DNA from: Candidatus Dormiibacterota bacterium
Lineage (GTDB): Bacteria; Chloroflexota; Dormibacteria; Aeolococcales; Aeolococcaceae
Direction of reading: 5' to 3'
Length of the DNA stretch: 64,000 nucleotides
Assembly: GCA_963718525.1 (NCBI GenBank)
Contig: OY970355.1
Coordinates: forward strand, 3,104,001-3,168,000
Position 1 is the first letter of the stretch. Every line of letters begins with the position of its first letter. Below the pieces are notes generated by a model, which had not been told where the DNA came from, did not search any database, and saw nothing but the letters and a program-made list of their open reading frames with translations. A program made the position numbers and the translations under genes. Shown here one piece after another: positions 28,423 through 38,373 of this stretch.

Positions 28423-30172
28423 TCCCACCGGATCTCCGCGCCCGATCTGATGCAGCGCTCCAGATCGCGACGGATTCGGCGCCCAGTGCCGGTGTACCCT
28501 CGCCACGGACTGAGTCGTCAGATGCGAGCAACAGCGTCGCGCCCGTCGCTTCCGGCAGCTTGACACGCTCGCTTCCCAGATTGCAGCACACCAGCAGATC
28601 GCTCTGAGAGTACAGCAGCAGGTTGCGGGCGCTGTCGTACCGAGCGGTCGTCGGCGCAACATCGCCACCTTCGGCGGCCCGCCGATCGCGACGGAGCTCG
28701 ATGAGCCGTCGATACCACTCCAGCATGTGCGCGTGCGGATCCTCGCTGACCTCGTCCCACCTGAGGATCGACCGCCGGAAGGTCGCCGCTGCCTGAGGGT
28801 CGGGCACCGCGTCGGCCGGCCAGCCGAACGCCTTGAATTCGCGACGCCGTCCGTTCGTCACCGCTTTGCGCAGGTGCCCATCACCAAGGTCCGTGAAGTA
28901 TTGAAACGGCGTGCTCGCCGCCCATTCCTCCCCCTGGAACAGCATGGGAATCATGGGCGAGAGCAGCGTCAGGGCAGCGGCCATGCGCGCCCGCCCGTCA
29001 CTCACCAGATGACAGAGTCGCTCGCCGGCAGCGCGATTGCCGACCTGATCGTGGTTCTGCGAGTACACGATGAAACGAGAACGCGGCAGATCACCGGCAT
29101 ACCTGCCGACGGTGCGTTTCCGGTGACGCGAATACTGACCGGCGTAGACGAACGGCTGCAGCAACGCGGTGCGCAGGTCGTCGGGACTGCCGAAATCCTC
29201 GTAGTAGCCGTGCTGCTCCCCGGTGAGCAGCGCATGGAGCGCGTGGTGAAAGTCGTCGCCCCACTGCGCGTGAATGCCGAAGCCGCCATGATCACGATCG
29301 CGCACGAGCCGCGGGTCGTTGCTGTCGCTCTCGGCGATCGTCCAGAGTTCCCGGCCGAGCTCGTCCGCCAGCTCATCGACGCGGGTTGCGATGGCTTCGA
29401 GGATGTGCGTCGGTGAGGTATCGATGATCGCGTGCACCGCGTCGAGACGCAGACCGTCGAACGCGTACTCGCGCAGCCACATCTCGACGTTGTCGAGCAC
29501 GAACCTTCGCACCTCATCGGAGTGCTCTCCGTCGTAGTTGAACGCGCTCCCCCACGGAGTCTCGTACCGGGTCGTGAAATACGGCCCGAACGCGCTCAGG
29601 TAATCGCCTTCCGGACCAACATGGTTGTAGACGACATCGAGGATCACCGCGACGCCGCGCTCGTGCGCGGCATCGATGAGGCGATGGAGACCATCGGGTC
29701 CGCCGTAGCCGCTGTGGGGAGCGAAGAGATCCACGCCGTCGTAGCCCCAACCCCGGCGACCTGGAAATTCTGCGACGGGCATCAGCTCGATCGCGTTGAC
29801 CCCGAGGCCGACCAGGTGGTCGAGCTTCGTGATCGCGCTGTCGAACGTCCCTTCCGGTGTGAACGTGCCGACATGCAGCTCGTAGATGATCGCATCGCGC
29901 AGCGGGAATCCGCGCCAGTCCTCACGATCGCGGTTACGCGGCGGGTCGACAAACCGCGAAGGTCCGTGAACCCCGGACGGTTGCCATTTCGAACGTGGGT
30001 CGGGCAACGGGTCACCACGGTCAACGCTGAACGCATAGTCGTCGCCGGCTTCGAGGTCGGCATTGCCCGCGAACCAGCCCAGACCGGTTTCCTCCAAGGG
30101 GTGCATGCTCTCGCCCGCGACGAGGTCGACGGTCCGCGCACCCTGCGCCCAGACGCTGATCCTGCGAGTCAC
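28337..30172 (-). CDS. treZ: Malto-oligosyltrehalose trehalohydrolase
   Basis: YELHVGTFTPEG, WGYDGV, DVVYNH, GLRLDAVHAI, QNHDQVGNRA, LFQGEEW. Confidence 0.95.
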   Translation of the reverse strand: MTRRISVWAQGARTVDLVAGESMHPLEETGLGWFAGNADLEAGDDYAFSVDRGDPLPDPRSKWQPSGVHGPSRFVDPPRNRDREDWRGFPLRDAIIYELHVGTFTPEGTFDSAITKLDHLVGLGVNAIELMPVAEFPGRRGWGYDGVDLFAPHSGYGGPDGLHRLIDAAHERGVAVILDVVYNHVGPEGDYLSAFGPYFTTRYETPWGSAFNYDGEHSDEVRRFVLDNVEMWLREYAFDGLRLDAVHAIIDTSPTHILEAIATRVDELADELGRELWTIAESDSNDPRLVRDRDHGGFGIHAQWGDDFHHALHALLTGEQHGYYEDFGSPDDLRTALLQPFVYAGQYSRHRKRTVGRYAGDLPRSRFIVYSQNHDQVGNRAAGERLCHLVSDGRARMAAALTLLSPMIPMLFQGEEWAASTPFQYFTDLGDGHLRKAVTNGRRREFKAFGWPADAVPDPQAAATFRRSILRWDEVSEDPHAHMLEWYRRLIELRRDRRAAEGGDVAPTTARYDSARNLLLYSQSDLLVCCNLGSERVKLPEATGATLLLASDDSVRGEGTPALGAESVAIWSAASDRARRSGGITRKLRAPRATSAASAQTTRRLLESSAQ

Positions 30173-32580
30173 CCGCAGCGCTCCAGGAGAGAGATCGGAG
30201 CAGCATCGAGGAGCGCATGGAGACGATGCTCACCGCCTGCGACGGCACGCCGGGTCAGGAGATCCCGCCAATCGCCGGCGGGTAGATCCATCGTCGTGTC
30301 GCGCCAATCGCCACGCAGCAGCAGGGGCCATCGAATGGCAACTGTGAGCATTACCGACTGCCCGTCCGGTGCCGTCCGGGCGAAGGCGATCACGTGATCC
30401 GCTCTCGAGCCCGTCACGCGTAGCGGTGCATATCCCGACGCCTCGCCGAAGCCCTCGGGATGTCGGGCACGTGCCGCAAGCGCGGTGGCCACGAGGCGCA
30501 ATTTGGGTGCGCCCTCGTCAAGCCGAGCCATGAAGTCCCCGTGCGCCGGGTCCATCACCTCGCGCAGCAGCCGCCGGCGAACATCGTAGTCGACCGGGGT
30601 GCGGTTGTCCGGATCGACAAGGCGCAGATCCCAGAGCTCGGAACCCTGGTAGAGGTCGGGAACGCCGGGTGCGGTGAGCTTGACGAGCGTCTGCGAGAGC
30701 GACAGCGTCTGCCACGCCGGACTCATTGCATCGATCACCGCGGCGATCTCGGCCTGAACGTCTGCATCGGAGATCATCGCGCGCACGTAGCGTTCGAGAT
30801 TTTCCTCGTACGCGTGGTCCGGATCGATCCAGTTGGTCTCGCGCTTCGCCTCGCGCGCGGCTTTGCGCATGTACGCCCAGGCGCGGTCCGCATCGATGGG
30901 ATGTGCAGCCACCAGCGTCTGATAGAACAGGTACTCGGTTTGTCGTGACGGCGGCGGCGTTCCTCGATGCCGCGCGGCAAGCTCGTCGAGGCGACCCACG
31001 CATTCACGCCAACGCACTGGCATTTCGGCCAGGAGCGCTCCGCGCAAGCGCGCATCCTCAGCGCGCTTGGTGTCGTGCGTGGTCGTGGCGAGCAGCGTCG
31101 ACGGCTGCTCGTTCGCGACCGTGGCACACGTCGCGTGGAACTCGTCAAGACCGATCGTACGATCCGGATCCGAGCCGACCTCGTTGAGGGCGGCCAGCCG
31201 GACGTAGCGGTAGAACGCCGTGTCCTCGACCCCCTTGGCCATCACGGCTCCCGCAAGCTGCTGAAATCGCGCCTGGAGATCGGCGCCCGCGTGGTACGGA
31301 TCGTTATTGGCTCGCAGCACACTGACGATCGCGTCGAGACGCGCCGCGTCGCAGCGACCGGAGTGCAGCGCAGCGTTTTCGGCGGCACTGAGCGCGCGCT
31401 CGTCATCGGGCGACAGCGCTTGCTCGGCTCGTGGATAGATTCGGTACCGCGGCATCGAGGCGACGAGCTCGATCAATTCCGTTCGCGCTCCCGGGATGCC
31501 CGCATCCGCGGCCACGCGCGCGAGCCGATCGAGCTCGGGGTTCAGCAGCCTCTCGAGCACCTCCCGGCGGGCCTGATGCGAATGTTCCTGGAATCCGCTG
31601 ATGTCGCCGGTGAACTGACGGTAGAGATCCGAGAGTTCCGCGAGGCCCTGGGGATGCACGAACAATGCGGTCATCATGGCGCCGAACTCGTACCCCGTTG
31701 TCCCCTCGATGGGCCATTCGGCCGGCAGCCGCTCGCCGGTCGCCAGGATCTTCTCGGCGACGAGCCATGCACCCGGCGCAGCAGCGCGGAGTCTCGATGC
31801 GAATGCCGACGGATCGCGGAGCCCGTCGATGTGGTCGATGCGCAGCCCGTCGACCGTGCCGTCGGCCACCAACCCGAGCGAGCGCGAAAGCACATCGTCG
31901 AACACGATGTCCGACTCGACACGCACGCCCGCGAGCGATGACACGTCGAAGAACCTGCGGTAGTTGAGACGAGCCGCGCCCGTTTTGAAATGCTCGAGCA
32001 GGTAATGCTGCGCCTCGAGCGTCTCGAGCGAAACGGGACCGGTCGCAGCTGCCGTCCCCGATGCAAGAGGAAACGCACTCGACCCGAGGCGCAGCTCCAG
32101 CTCGCCATCGACGCCTCGGACGACGCTCAGCTCCCCAGCAGCGAGCAGCTCGTCGAGCGGCGCACCCAGCACCGGCAGCAGGATTCGCCCGTGCAGGCCG
32201 GGCGTATCCCAGTCGATGTCAAAGAACTGCGCGTGGTCACTGGCGCGGCCGTTGCGGAGGACATCCCACCACCATCTGTTCGCGCGATCGGCGATGCACA
32301 TGTGGTTCGGCACGATGTCGAGAAGCTGCCCCATGTGCGCATTGCGGAGCGCGCGATCGAGCCGGCGGAGGCCGTCGTCGCCACCACGCGCCTGGCTCAC
32401 CCGAGTCGGATCGACGACGTCATACCCATGGGGACTATGGGCAGCCGCCTCCATGTACGGTGAGCAGTAGAGGTGCGAAATCCCCAGTGCCGCAAGGTAA
32501 GGGATGATGGCCGCGGCGGCATCGAAGTCGAACTCCTCGCGCAGCTGGACTCGGTACGTGGCTCGAGGATCCGTCCTCAC
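30169..32580 (-). CDS. treY: Malto-oligosyltrehalose synthase
   Basis: PRATYRVQL, HGYDVVD, DIVPNHM, GLRIDHIDGL, AKGVEDTAFYR, THDTKR, VDPDNR. Confidence 0.95.
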   Translation of the reverse strand: MRTDPRATYRVQLREEFDFDAAAAIIPYLAALGISHLYCSPYMEAAAHSPHGYDVVDPTRVSQARGGDDGLRRLDRALRNAHMGQLLDIVPNHMCIADRANRWWWDVLRNGRASDHAQFFDIDWDTPGLHGRILLPVLGAPLDELLAAGELSVVRGVDGELELRLGSSAFPLASGTAAATGPVSLETLEAQHYLLEHFKTGAARLNYRRFFDVSSLAGVRVESDIVFDDVLSRSLGLVADGTVDGLRIDHIDGLRDPSAFASRLRAAAPGAWLVAEKILATGERLPAEWPIEGTTGYEFGAMMTALFVHPQGLAELSDLYRQFTGDISGFQEHSHQARREVLERLLNPELDRLARVAADAGIPGARTELIELVASMPRYRIYPRAEQALSPDDERALSAAENAALHSGRCDAARLDAIVSVLRANNDPYHAGADLQARFQQLAGAVMAKGVEDTAFYRYVRLAALNEVGSDPDRTIGLDEFHATCATVANEQPSTLLATTTHDTKRAEDARLRGALLAEMPVRWRECVGRLDELAARHRGTPPPSRQTEYLFYQTLVAAHPIDADRAWAYMRKAAREAKRETNWIDPDHAYEENLERYVRAMISDADVQAEIAAVIDAMSPAWQTLSLSQTLVKLTAPGVPDLYQGSELWDLRLVDPDNRTPVDYDVRRRLLREVMDPAHGDFMARLDEGAPKLRLVATALAARARHPEGFGEASGYAPLRVTGSRADHVIAFARTAPDGQSVMLTVAIRWPLLLRGDWRDTTMDLPAGDWRDLLTRRAVAGGEHRLHALLDAAPISLLERCG

Positions 32581-32611
32581 AGTCGTGACGCGGGAGACAT
32601 CAATTTCCGTA

Positions 32612-32653
32612 GTATCAATGCAGCTATCAGCATGTATGCAAGTGATTCTATCA
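32612..32653. promoter_or_regulatory. Degenerate island-motif array in the treY/glgX divergent promoter
   Basis: GTATCA 32612, CTATCA 32624, TGCAAG 32637, CTATCA 32648 (N7 then N5 spacing). Confidence 0.55.
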
Positions 32654-32684
32654 ATTTCGGGCGTTGCTCCATGATTGCGTTCCC

Positions 32685-34874
32685 ATGAGCGCAACGACCC
32701 GACGAACCGGAGTCCGATCTCTCGCACGCCACCAGGCGTGGCCAGGCAACGAGGCACCGCTGGGCGCCACCTGGGACGGAGAAGGCACCAACTTCGCCGT
32801 GTATTCGGCGTCGGCCGATGCGGTGGAGGTGGTGCTGTTCAACGACGACGGCACCGCGGCAGCCACACATGAGCTGCTCGAGCGTACCGATCTGGTGTGG
32901 CATGGGTACATCGACCAGGTGGGCCCGGGACAGCGGTACGGGCTGCGCGTCCATGGGCGATACGACCCGCTCCACGGGCTGCGCCACAATCCGAAGAAGC
33001 TGCTCCTCGATCCATACGCGCTGGCACTCGCGGGACGCTTCCGTCATGGCCCCGAGTTGTACGGCTACGCGTTCGGTGGCGACGATCTCCAACCAAGCAC
33101 GCTCAACTCCGCTGACGCGATGCCGAAGAGCGTTGTCGTCGACAACAGCTTTCCATGGGGCGACGACCGGCGGCCTGACACAGCGTGGGCCGACACCGTC
33201 ATCTACGAGCTGCATGTGAAGGGTTTCACCAAGCGCAATCCCGACATTCCCGAGGAGCTGCGCGGAACGTACGCAGGGCTGGCGCATCCGAGTTCTCTCG
33301 AGTACCTGCAGCAACTCGGGGTCACCGCGGTGGAGCTCATGCCGGTGCACCACTTCATCGATGCGGGCCATCTCGTCGACCGCGGCCTCGTGAACTACTG
33401 GGGCTACGACTCGGTCGGATACTTCTCGCCCGAAAGCCGCTACTCCGCGGGCGGCGGCAACGGCGACCAGGTGCGTGAGTTCAAGGCGATGGTGCGCGCC
33501 CTCCACGGCGCGGGGCTCGAGGTCATCCTCGACGTGGTCTACAACCACACCGGCGAGGGAAACCACCTCGGCCCGACCGTGAGCTTTCGAGGTATCGACA
33601 ATCCCTCGTACTACCGGCTCGTCGAGGACGAGCCTCGTTTCTACTTCGACGTCACCGGGACCGGCAACAGCCTCAACGTCAGCAGTCCGATCACCCTGCA
33701 GCTGATCACCGACAGCCTTCGCTACTGGGTGACCGAGATGCACGTCGACGGCTTCAGGTTCGACCTGGCAGCAGCGCTCGCACGCCAGTTCTACGACGTC
33801 GACCGCTTGTCGGCATTCTTCGACATCATCCACCAGGACCCGGTGCTCTCCCGCGTCAAGCTGGTCGCGGAGCCGTGGGACGTCGGGGAGGGTGGTTACC
33901 ACGTCGGCAATTTCCCGGTGCGCTGGGCCGAGTGGAATGGCGCGTACCGCGACACCGTCCGTGATTTCTGGCGAGGCAAGGCCGGCGGTGTTCGCGATAT
34001 TGCCAATTGCCTCACCGGGTCGAGCAGCCTCTACCAGTGGGACGGCCGCCAACCCTGGGCGAGCATCAACTTCGTGACCGCGCACGACGGCTTCACGCTC
34101 CGCGACCTGGTCACGTACAACGAGAAACACAACGATGCCAACGGCGAGGGCAACGACGACGGCGCCAACGACAACCGCTCATGGAACTGCGGTGTCGAGG
34201 GAGAAACCGACGACCCGAACATCAACGCATTGCGTGACCGCCAGCGGCGCAACCTCATCGCCACCGTGCTGCTCTCGCAGGGGTGCCCGATGATCTGTGG
34301 CGGCGACGAGATCGGCCGCACCCAGCGCGGCAACAACAATGCGTACTGTCAGGACAATGAGATTTCGTGGCTCGACTGGACGCGTGTCGATGAGGTGATG
34401 CTTCGTTTCGTGGAGCGCGTTGTCGCGTTTCGACGCGAGCAGCCGGTGCTGCGGCGGAAGCGCTTCTTCTCCGGTGAGGCCACCCGGCGCTCGGGGCGGA
34501 AGGACATCATCTGGCTGCTGCCGAATGGCGATGAATTCACGGACGCCGACTGGGACAACGATGCGGAGCGTTCCATCGGCATGATCCTGAACGGTGAGGA
34601 GATTCCCGACCGGGATCCGCGTGGACACCGTATCGTCGGTGACACGCTGATGGTCCTGCTCCACAGCGGTGATGTGCCGATCACCTGGACGATGCCGGCC
34701 GGCTGGAAGGGTGGCTGGCATCTCGTCCTCGACACCGACGATCCCGAAGGCCACCGGGGTTCCACCACGCATCACGAAGGCGACGAGGTCCCGATCCAGG
34801 CACACTCGCTCGTCGTGCTCAACCACCCCGTCGACGCGGCTCGCGACCACGCGGCCGGTTCCTCGAGAACCTGA
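32685..34874 (+). CDS. glgX: Glycogen debranching enzyme (GlgX/TreX)
   Basis: PLGATWDGEGTNFA, YELHVKGFT, NYWGY, DGFRFDLA, AEPWD, TAHDGFTL, GNNNAYCQDNE. Confidence 0.96.
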   Translation: MSATTRRTGVRSLARHQAWPGNEAPLGATWDGEGTNFAVYSASADAVEVVLFNDDGTAAATHELLERTDLVWHGYIDQVGPGQRYGLRVHGRYDPLHGLRHNPKKLLLDPYALALAGRFRHGPELYGYAFGGDDLQPSTLNSADAMPKSVVVDNSFPWGDDRRPDTAWADTVIYELHVKGFTKRNPDIPEELRGTYAGLAHPSSLEYLQQLGVTAVELMPVHHFIDAGHLVDRGLVNYWGYDSVGYFSPESRYSAGGGNGDQVREFKAMVRALHGAGLEVILDVVYNHTGEGNHLGPTVSFRGIDNPSYYRLVEDEPRFYFDVTGTGNSLNVSSPITLQLITDSLRYWVTEMHVDGFRFDLAAALARQFYDVDRLSAFFDIIHQDPVLSRVKLVAEPWDVGEGGYHVGNFPVRWAEWNGAYRDTVRDFWRGKAGGVRDIANCLTGSSSLYQWDGRQPWASINFVTAHDGFTLRDLVTYNEKHNDANGEGNDDGANDNRSWNCGVEGETDDPNINALRDRQRRNLIATVLLSQGCPMICGGDEIGRTQRGNNNAYCQDNEISWLDWTRVDEVMLRFVERVVAFRREQPVLRRKRFFSGEATRRSGRKDIIWLLPNGDEFTDADWDNDAERSIGMILNGEEIPDRDPRGHRIVGDTLMVLLHSGDVPITWTMPAGWKGGWHLVLDTDDPEGHRGSTTHHEGDEVPIQAHSLVVLNHPVDAARDHAAGSSRT

Positions 34875-34891
34875 CTCTCGACAACACAAAG

Positions 34892-34922
34892 CGGCCCGGC
34901 CGGGGCGAACCCGACCGGGCCG
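34892..34922. terminator. Hairpin between convergent glgX and DUF4386 genes
   Basis: CGGCCCGG...CCGGGCCG inverted repeat. Confidence 0.55.
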
Positions 34923-34962
34923 ATGCGGTCCCACGGTGACCTTATCCGGCCACCGTTCGCGC

Positions 34963-35682
34963 CTAAGCCGCCAGCTCGTTGGCAAGGATGCGTCTCGCGG
35001 GCTTGACCGTCCGCACACCGATTACGAGCAGATAAATGACCATCCAGGGCTCCGCGATTGTCGGCACGATCGTGGTGAGGACGTGGATCTGCTTGTCAAA
35101 GCCGGGGAGCAGAAAGGCCGCGAGCATGTCCACCAGGTAGGAGGCGCTCGCCACTATCAGCACGATGCCCAGCGACTTGGGAAACCATCCGGACCTGTAG
35201 GCGAGATAGCCAAGTGGCGCCAGCCACAGGCCGAAGAAGATCTGCGCGGTCAGGAGCCCGTAGTGCTGGGCGTCGAGCAGGAGCAGGACGAGGGCGTTGG
35301 AACCGCCGATGCCCAGAGTGGCCGCGCTGACACCGCCGGTTGCGACCCTCAATCCCTCGAACTCGAACACCGCACTGACGCACGTGATGGCAGCAGCGAG
35401 TGCAACGAAGACGAGCATTGCCCTGGCCGCACTCTTGTGCACGTCCTTCAGGAGCATGTAGAGGGTGAGCGCCGTGAGTACAAAGAACGTCGCGTCGAGC
35501 AGGTCTGCGACGACGCCCAAGCGGACAAGTCCGGAGTTCGCGACCACATTCCCAGCGGTTGCGGCCGCATTGCCGGCTGCGTACATCTTGGGTTCCACAA
35601 ATCCTTCGGCGAAGCCGCCGAAGATGCCGACGAGCAGGTACAGGCCACCTGCGATTCTCGCGACGTGCTTTGGTGGGGTCAT
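34963..35682 (-). CDS. DUF4386 family membrane protein
   Basis: ARIAGGLYL, IFFGLWLAPLGYL, SGWFPK. Confidence 0.85.
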   Translation of the reverse strand: MTPPKHVARIAGGLYLLVGIFGGFAEGFVEPKMYAAGNAAATAGNVVANSGLVRLGVVADLLDATFFVLTALTLYMLLKDVHKSAARAMLVFVALAAAITCVSAVFEFEGLRVATGGVSAATLGIGGSNALVLLLLDAQHYGLLTAQIFFGLWLAPLGYLAYRSGWFPKSLGIVLIVASASYLVDMLAAFLLPGFDKQIHVLTTIVPTIAEPWMVIYLLVIGVRTVKPARRILANELAA

Positions 35683-35698
35683 CGAGGCTCTCCTTGAA

Positions 35699-35781
35699 CA
35701 TACACTGTAAGCTTAGGCTGTAAGCTACACTTACGCCGTAAGTTTGTCAAGTGCGGTATCGAGCCGAACTTACCTGGTACG
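35699..35781. promoter_or_regulatory. Four TetR operators CTTAC-N3-GTAAG
   Basis: CATACACTGTAAG 35699, CTTAGGCTGTAAG 35712, CTTACGCCGTAAG 35730, CTTACCTGGTACG 35769. Confidence 0.75.
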
Positions 35782-35806
35782 TTGAAGTGATCTGCGGAGG
35801 GTGCCC

Positions 35807-36481
35807 ATGTCGACCGTGACTGACCCCAGCCTCAAACCCCGAGCCCGGTTGAGCCGGCAGCGGGTGCTGCGCGCCGCCCTGGAGCTCGCGGACGAGAGCG
35901 GGATCGAGGCCCTCACCATGCGGCGCCTCGGTGAGCGGCTTCAGGTCGAGGCGATGTCGCTGTACAACCACATCGCCGGCAAGGACGACATCCTTGATGG
36001 AATCGTCGATCTCGTCTTCAGCGAGATCGTTCTGCCCCAAGACGTGGCCGACTGGAGGACGGCGATGCGCCAGCGAGCGATCTCCGCACGGGATGCCCTG
36101 CTACGCCACCCGTGGGCCACGAGCCTGATGCAGTCTCGGTCCCAACCGGGTCCCGCGACGCTCCGCCATCACGATTCGGTGATCGGCAGCCTGAGGAGGG
36201 CAGGATTCACGATCGACGCGGCCGCCCATGGATTCTCTGTCATGGATGGTTACATCTACGGCTTCGCGCTGCAGCAGGTGAATCTGCCGTCTCACACCTC
36301 CGAAGAGAGTGCGGCGCTCGCGGAGAGCATCCTGCGTGACCTCCCAGCGGAGCAGTACCCGCATCTCGCCGAGATGATCGTCGAGTACGCGCTCAAGCCA
36401 GGCTACGACTACGCGAAAGAGTTCGAATTCGGACTTGATCTCATCCTGGACGGCCTCGAGGGACTTCGGGGAATCAACTGA
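35807..36481 (+). CDS. TetR-family regulator (TetR_C)
   Basis: LTMRRLGERLQVEAMSLYNH; EFEFGLDLILDGL. Confidence 0.93.
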   Translation: MSTVTDPSLKPRARLSRQRVLRAALELADESGIEALTMRRLGERLQVEAMSLYNHIAGKDDILDGIVDLVFSEIVLPQDVADWRTAMRQRAISARDALLRHPWATSLMQSRSQPGPATLRHHDSVIGSLRRAGFTIDAAAHGFSVMDGYIYGFALQQVNLPSHTSEESAALAESILRDLPAEQYPHLAEMIVEYALKPGYDYAKEFEFGLDLILDGLEGLRGIN

Positions 36482-36483
36482 CG

Positions 36484-36990
36484 CTACTCTGCCAACGCCA
36501 CCGGCTCTTCCGGCATCCGCCCCTTGAACAATGGCGCCAGGTGCTCGCCGAAACGAACCGGCGAGAAATGCTCATTGCTCATCATGATCTCGTCGAACCG
36601 CCACCAACGATAGGTTCGGATGACCGCCGACTCGGCGGGCTCGAAACGGGTGCTGACTTCGTGCTTGTCGATGCTGAGCAAAAAGAACCGTTCAAGATGT
36701 CGCTCGAGTCGACCCTCCCATTGGAACAAATAGTCGCGGGTCCACACCGGCCCTCCGACTGTGGCGGCGTCGACCACAAGTCCCGTCTCCTCGAGCACCT
36801 CGCGAACGAGCGCTGCCTCATACGTCTCGCCCTCTTCGAGTCCACCACCCGGCGCGAACCACCAGGGATGACGGTCGGGTAGTTCGCCAAGAGAGAGCAA
36901 GACCCGTTGCTCGGCGTCGACGATGAGCGCACGAGCGACACGCCGGACCGCCGGCGTCGTGTCCGAAACCGCCGCAAAGTCCGTTCCCAT
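36484..36990 (-). CDS. NUDIX hydrolase
   Basis: GGGLEEGETYEAALVREVLEETG. Confidence 0.88.
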   Translation of the reverse strand: MGTDFAAVSDTTPAVRRVARALIVDAEQRVLLSLGELPDRHPWWFAPGGGLEEGETYEAALVREVLEETGLVVDAATVGGPVWTRDYLFQWEGRLERHLERFFLLSIDKHEVSTRFEPAESAVIRTYRWWRFDEIMMSNEHFSPVRFGEHLAPLFKGRMPEEPVALAE

Positions 36991-37057
36991 GACAGCCAAC
37001 GGTACTGCGCCAATGGCTCGGTTCTTCGCCGAACTATTGACGGGATAGGCTTCGCCC

Positions 37058-38011
37058 ATGACGCGCGCCGTCGCCGACCATGCGATTCCCACCGGCGAGC
37101 GGCGCATCGCGCTCGCGGCGGCCATGACGACCGTCGTCCTCTGGGCCTCGGCGTTTGTGGGCATCCGTGCAGCCGGCCGTGTGCTCTCGCCGGGTTCCCT
37201 CGCCCTGGTCCGGCTGGTTGTCGGCAGCGTCGCCCTCGGGATCCTCGTCGTGGTGCGCCGGCAGCCGCCACCGCGGCGCGCAGATCTGCCCGGGCTTGTG
37301 GTGTGCGGTGTGCTCTGGTTCGGCGCCTACAACCTGCTCCTCAACCAGGCCGAGCGGACGGTCGACGCCGGCACGGCAGCGATGCTCGTGAACACCGGTC
37401 CGGTCTTCGTCGCCATCCTCAGTGGACTGTTCCTCGCGGAGGGATTCCCGCGGCGGGTGGTGCTCGGCTGCCTGATCGGTTTCGCGGGAGCGGTCGTCAT
37501 CGGATACGCCACATCAACGCGCGGATTCCAGGCTGGATCCGGAGCGGCGTTGTGCATCGCGGCGGCAGTTGCCTATGCCGGTGGAGTCACCGCCGAGAAG
37601 CCGCTGCTGCGGCGCAACTCCGCGCTCATCGTGACCTGGATCGCGCGCTCCATCGGCGCGATCGTGTGCCTGCCGTTCGCTCCCCAGCTGGTTCACGACC
37701 TCGGCAGATCAGACGTCGGGACCATCGCGTGGGCGGTATACCTGGGTCTCTTCCCCACCGCAATCGGGTTCAGCTTCTGGGCGTACGCGCTGGCCCGCAC
37801 CAGCGGAGGGCGGATGGGGTCGATGGGCTACCTCGTACCGCCCCTCGCGATCGCCATGGGGTGGCTCGTGCTCGGCGACGTCCCGCCGCTGCTGGCGGTC
37901 GGAGGCGGCATCCTCTGTCTCGCGGGAGTGGCGGTGACCAGGGGAGCTCGGTTGCCTCGCGGCCGCCTCGCCATCCGGCCCCAGGCCTTAGCATATGTCA
38001 TGTATAGTTGA
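37058..38011 (+). CDS. EamA/DMT family transporter
   Basis: LWASAFVGIR, about 10 TM segments, YLGLFPTAIGF. Confidence 0.92.
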   Translation: MTRAVADHAIPTGERRIALAAAMTTVVLWASAFVGIRAAGRVLSPGSLALVRLVVGSVALGILVVVRRQPPPRRADLPGLVVCGVLWFGAYNLLLNQAERTVDAGTAAMLVNTGPVFVAILSGLFLAEGFPRRVVLGCLIGFAGAVVIGYATSTRGFQAGSGAALCIAAAVAYAGGVTAEKPLLRRNSALIVTWIARSIGAIVCLPFAPQLVHDLGRSDVGTIAWAVYLGLFPTAIGFSFWAYALARTSGGRMGSMGYLVPPLAIAMGWLVLGDVPPLLAVGGGILCLAGVAVTRGARLPRGRLAIRPQALAYVMYS

Positions 38012-38017
38012 CATATG
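37992..38017. promoter_or_regulatory. Inverted repeat overlapping the -10 box and ATG of the HTH gene
   Basis: CATATGTCA-N8-TGACATATG with TATAGT in the spacer. Confidence 0.7.
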
Positions 38018-38359
38018 GCCTACTCGGCATCGACGCCGACAGCGGACGCCGCCGTGTTCACTGTCCTCGATGTGCTCAACGCCCTCCCCACCGAGGATCG
38101 CCTGGTGGCGCTGCGCTCGGTTGCGGTGCTGCTCGGGTCGCGTCGGGCATCCACCGTCCTGGACGCCCGGGCCGAAGGCATGAGCTGGCAGGACATCGCC
38201 GACCGGCTCGGCATGTCGCGGCAATCCGTGTGGGACCGGTATGCCGCCGAGGACCGCAACCCCCCTCCACCTGCGCGTGGCCGGCACAGCCGAGCCAGAA
38301 GTGCCACCCACAACTTCTCGAACTGCGCCGCCTACAAAGCGGTGACCACTCGTCAGTGA
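38015..38359 (+). CDS. Small HTH protein
   Basis: ARAEGMSWQDIADRLGMSRQSVWDRY. Confidence 0.75.
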   Translation: MAYSASTPTADAAVFTVLDVLNALPTEDRLVALRSVAVLLGSRRASTVLDARAEGMSWQDIADRLGMSRQSVWDRYAAEDRNPPPPARGRHSRARSATHNFSNCAAYKAVTTRQ

Positions 38360-38373
38360 TCAGGAGAATCCCC

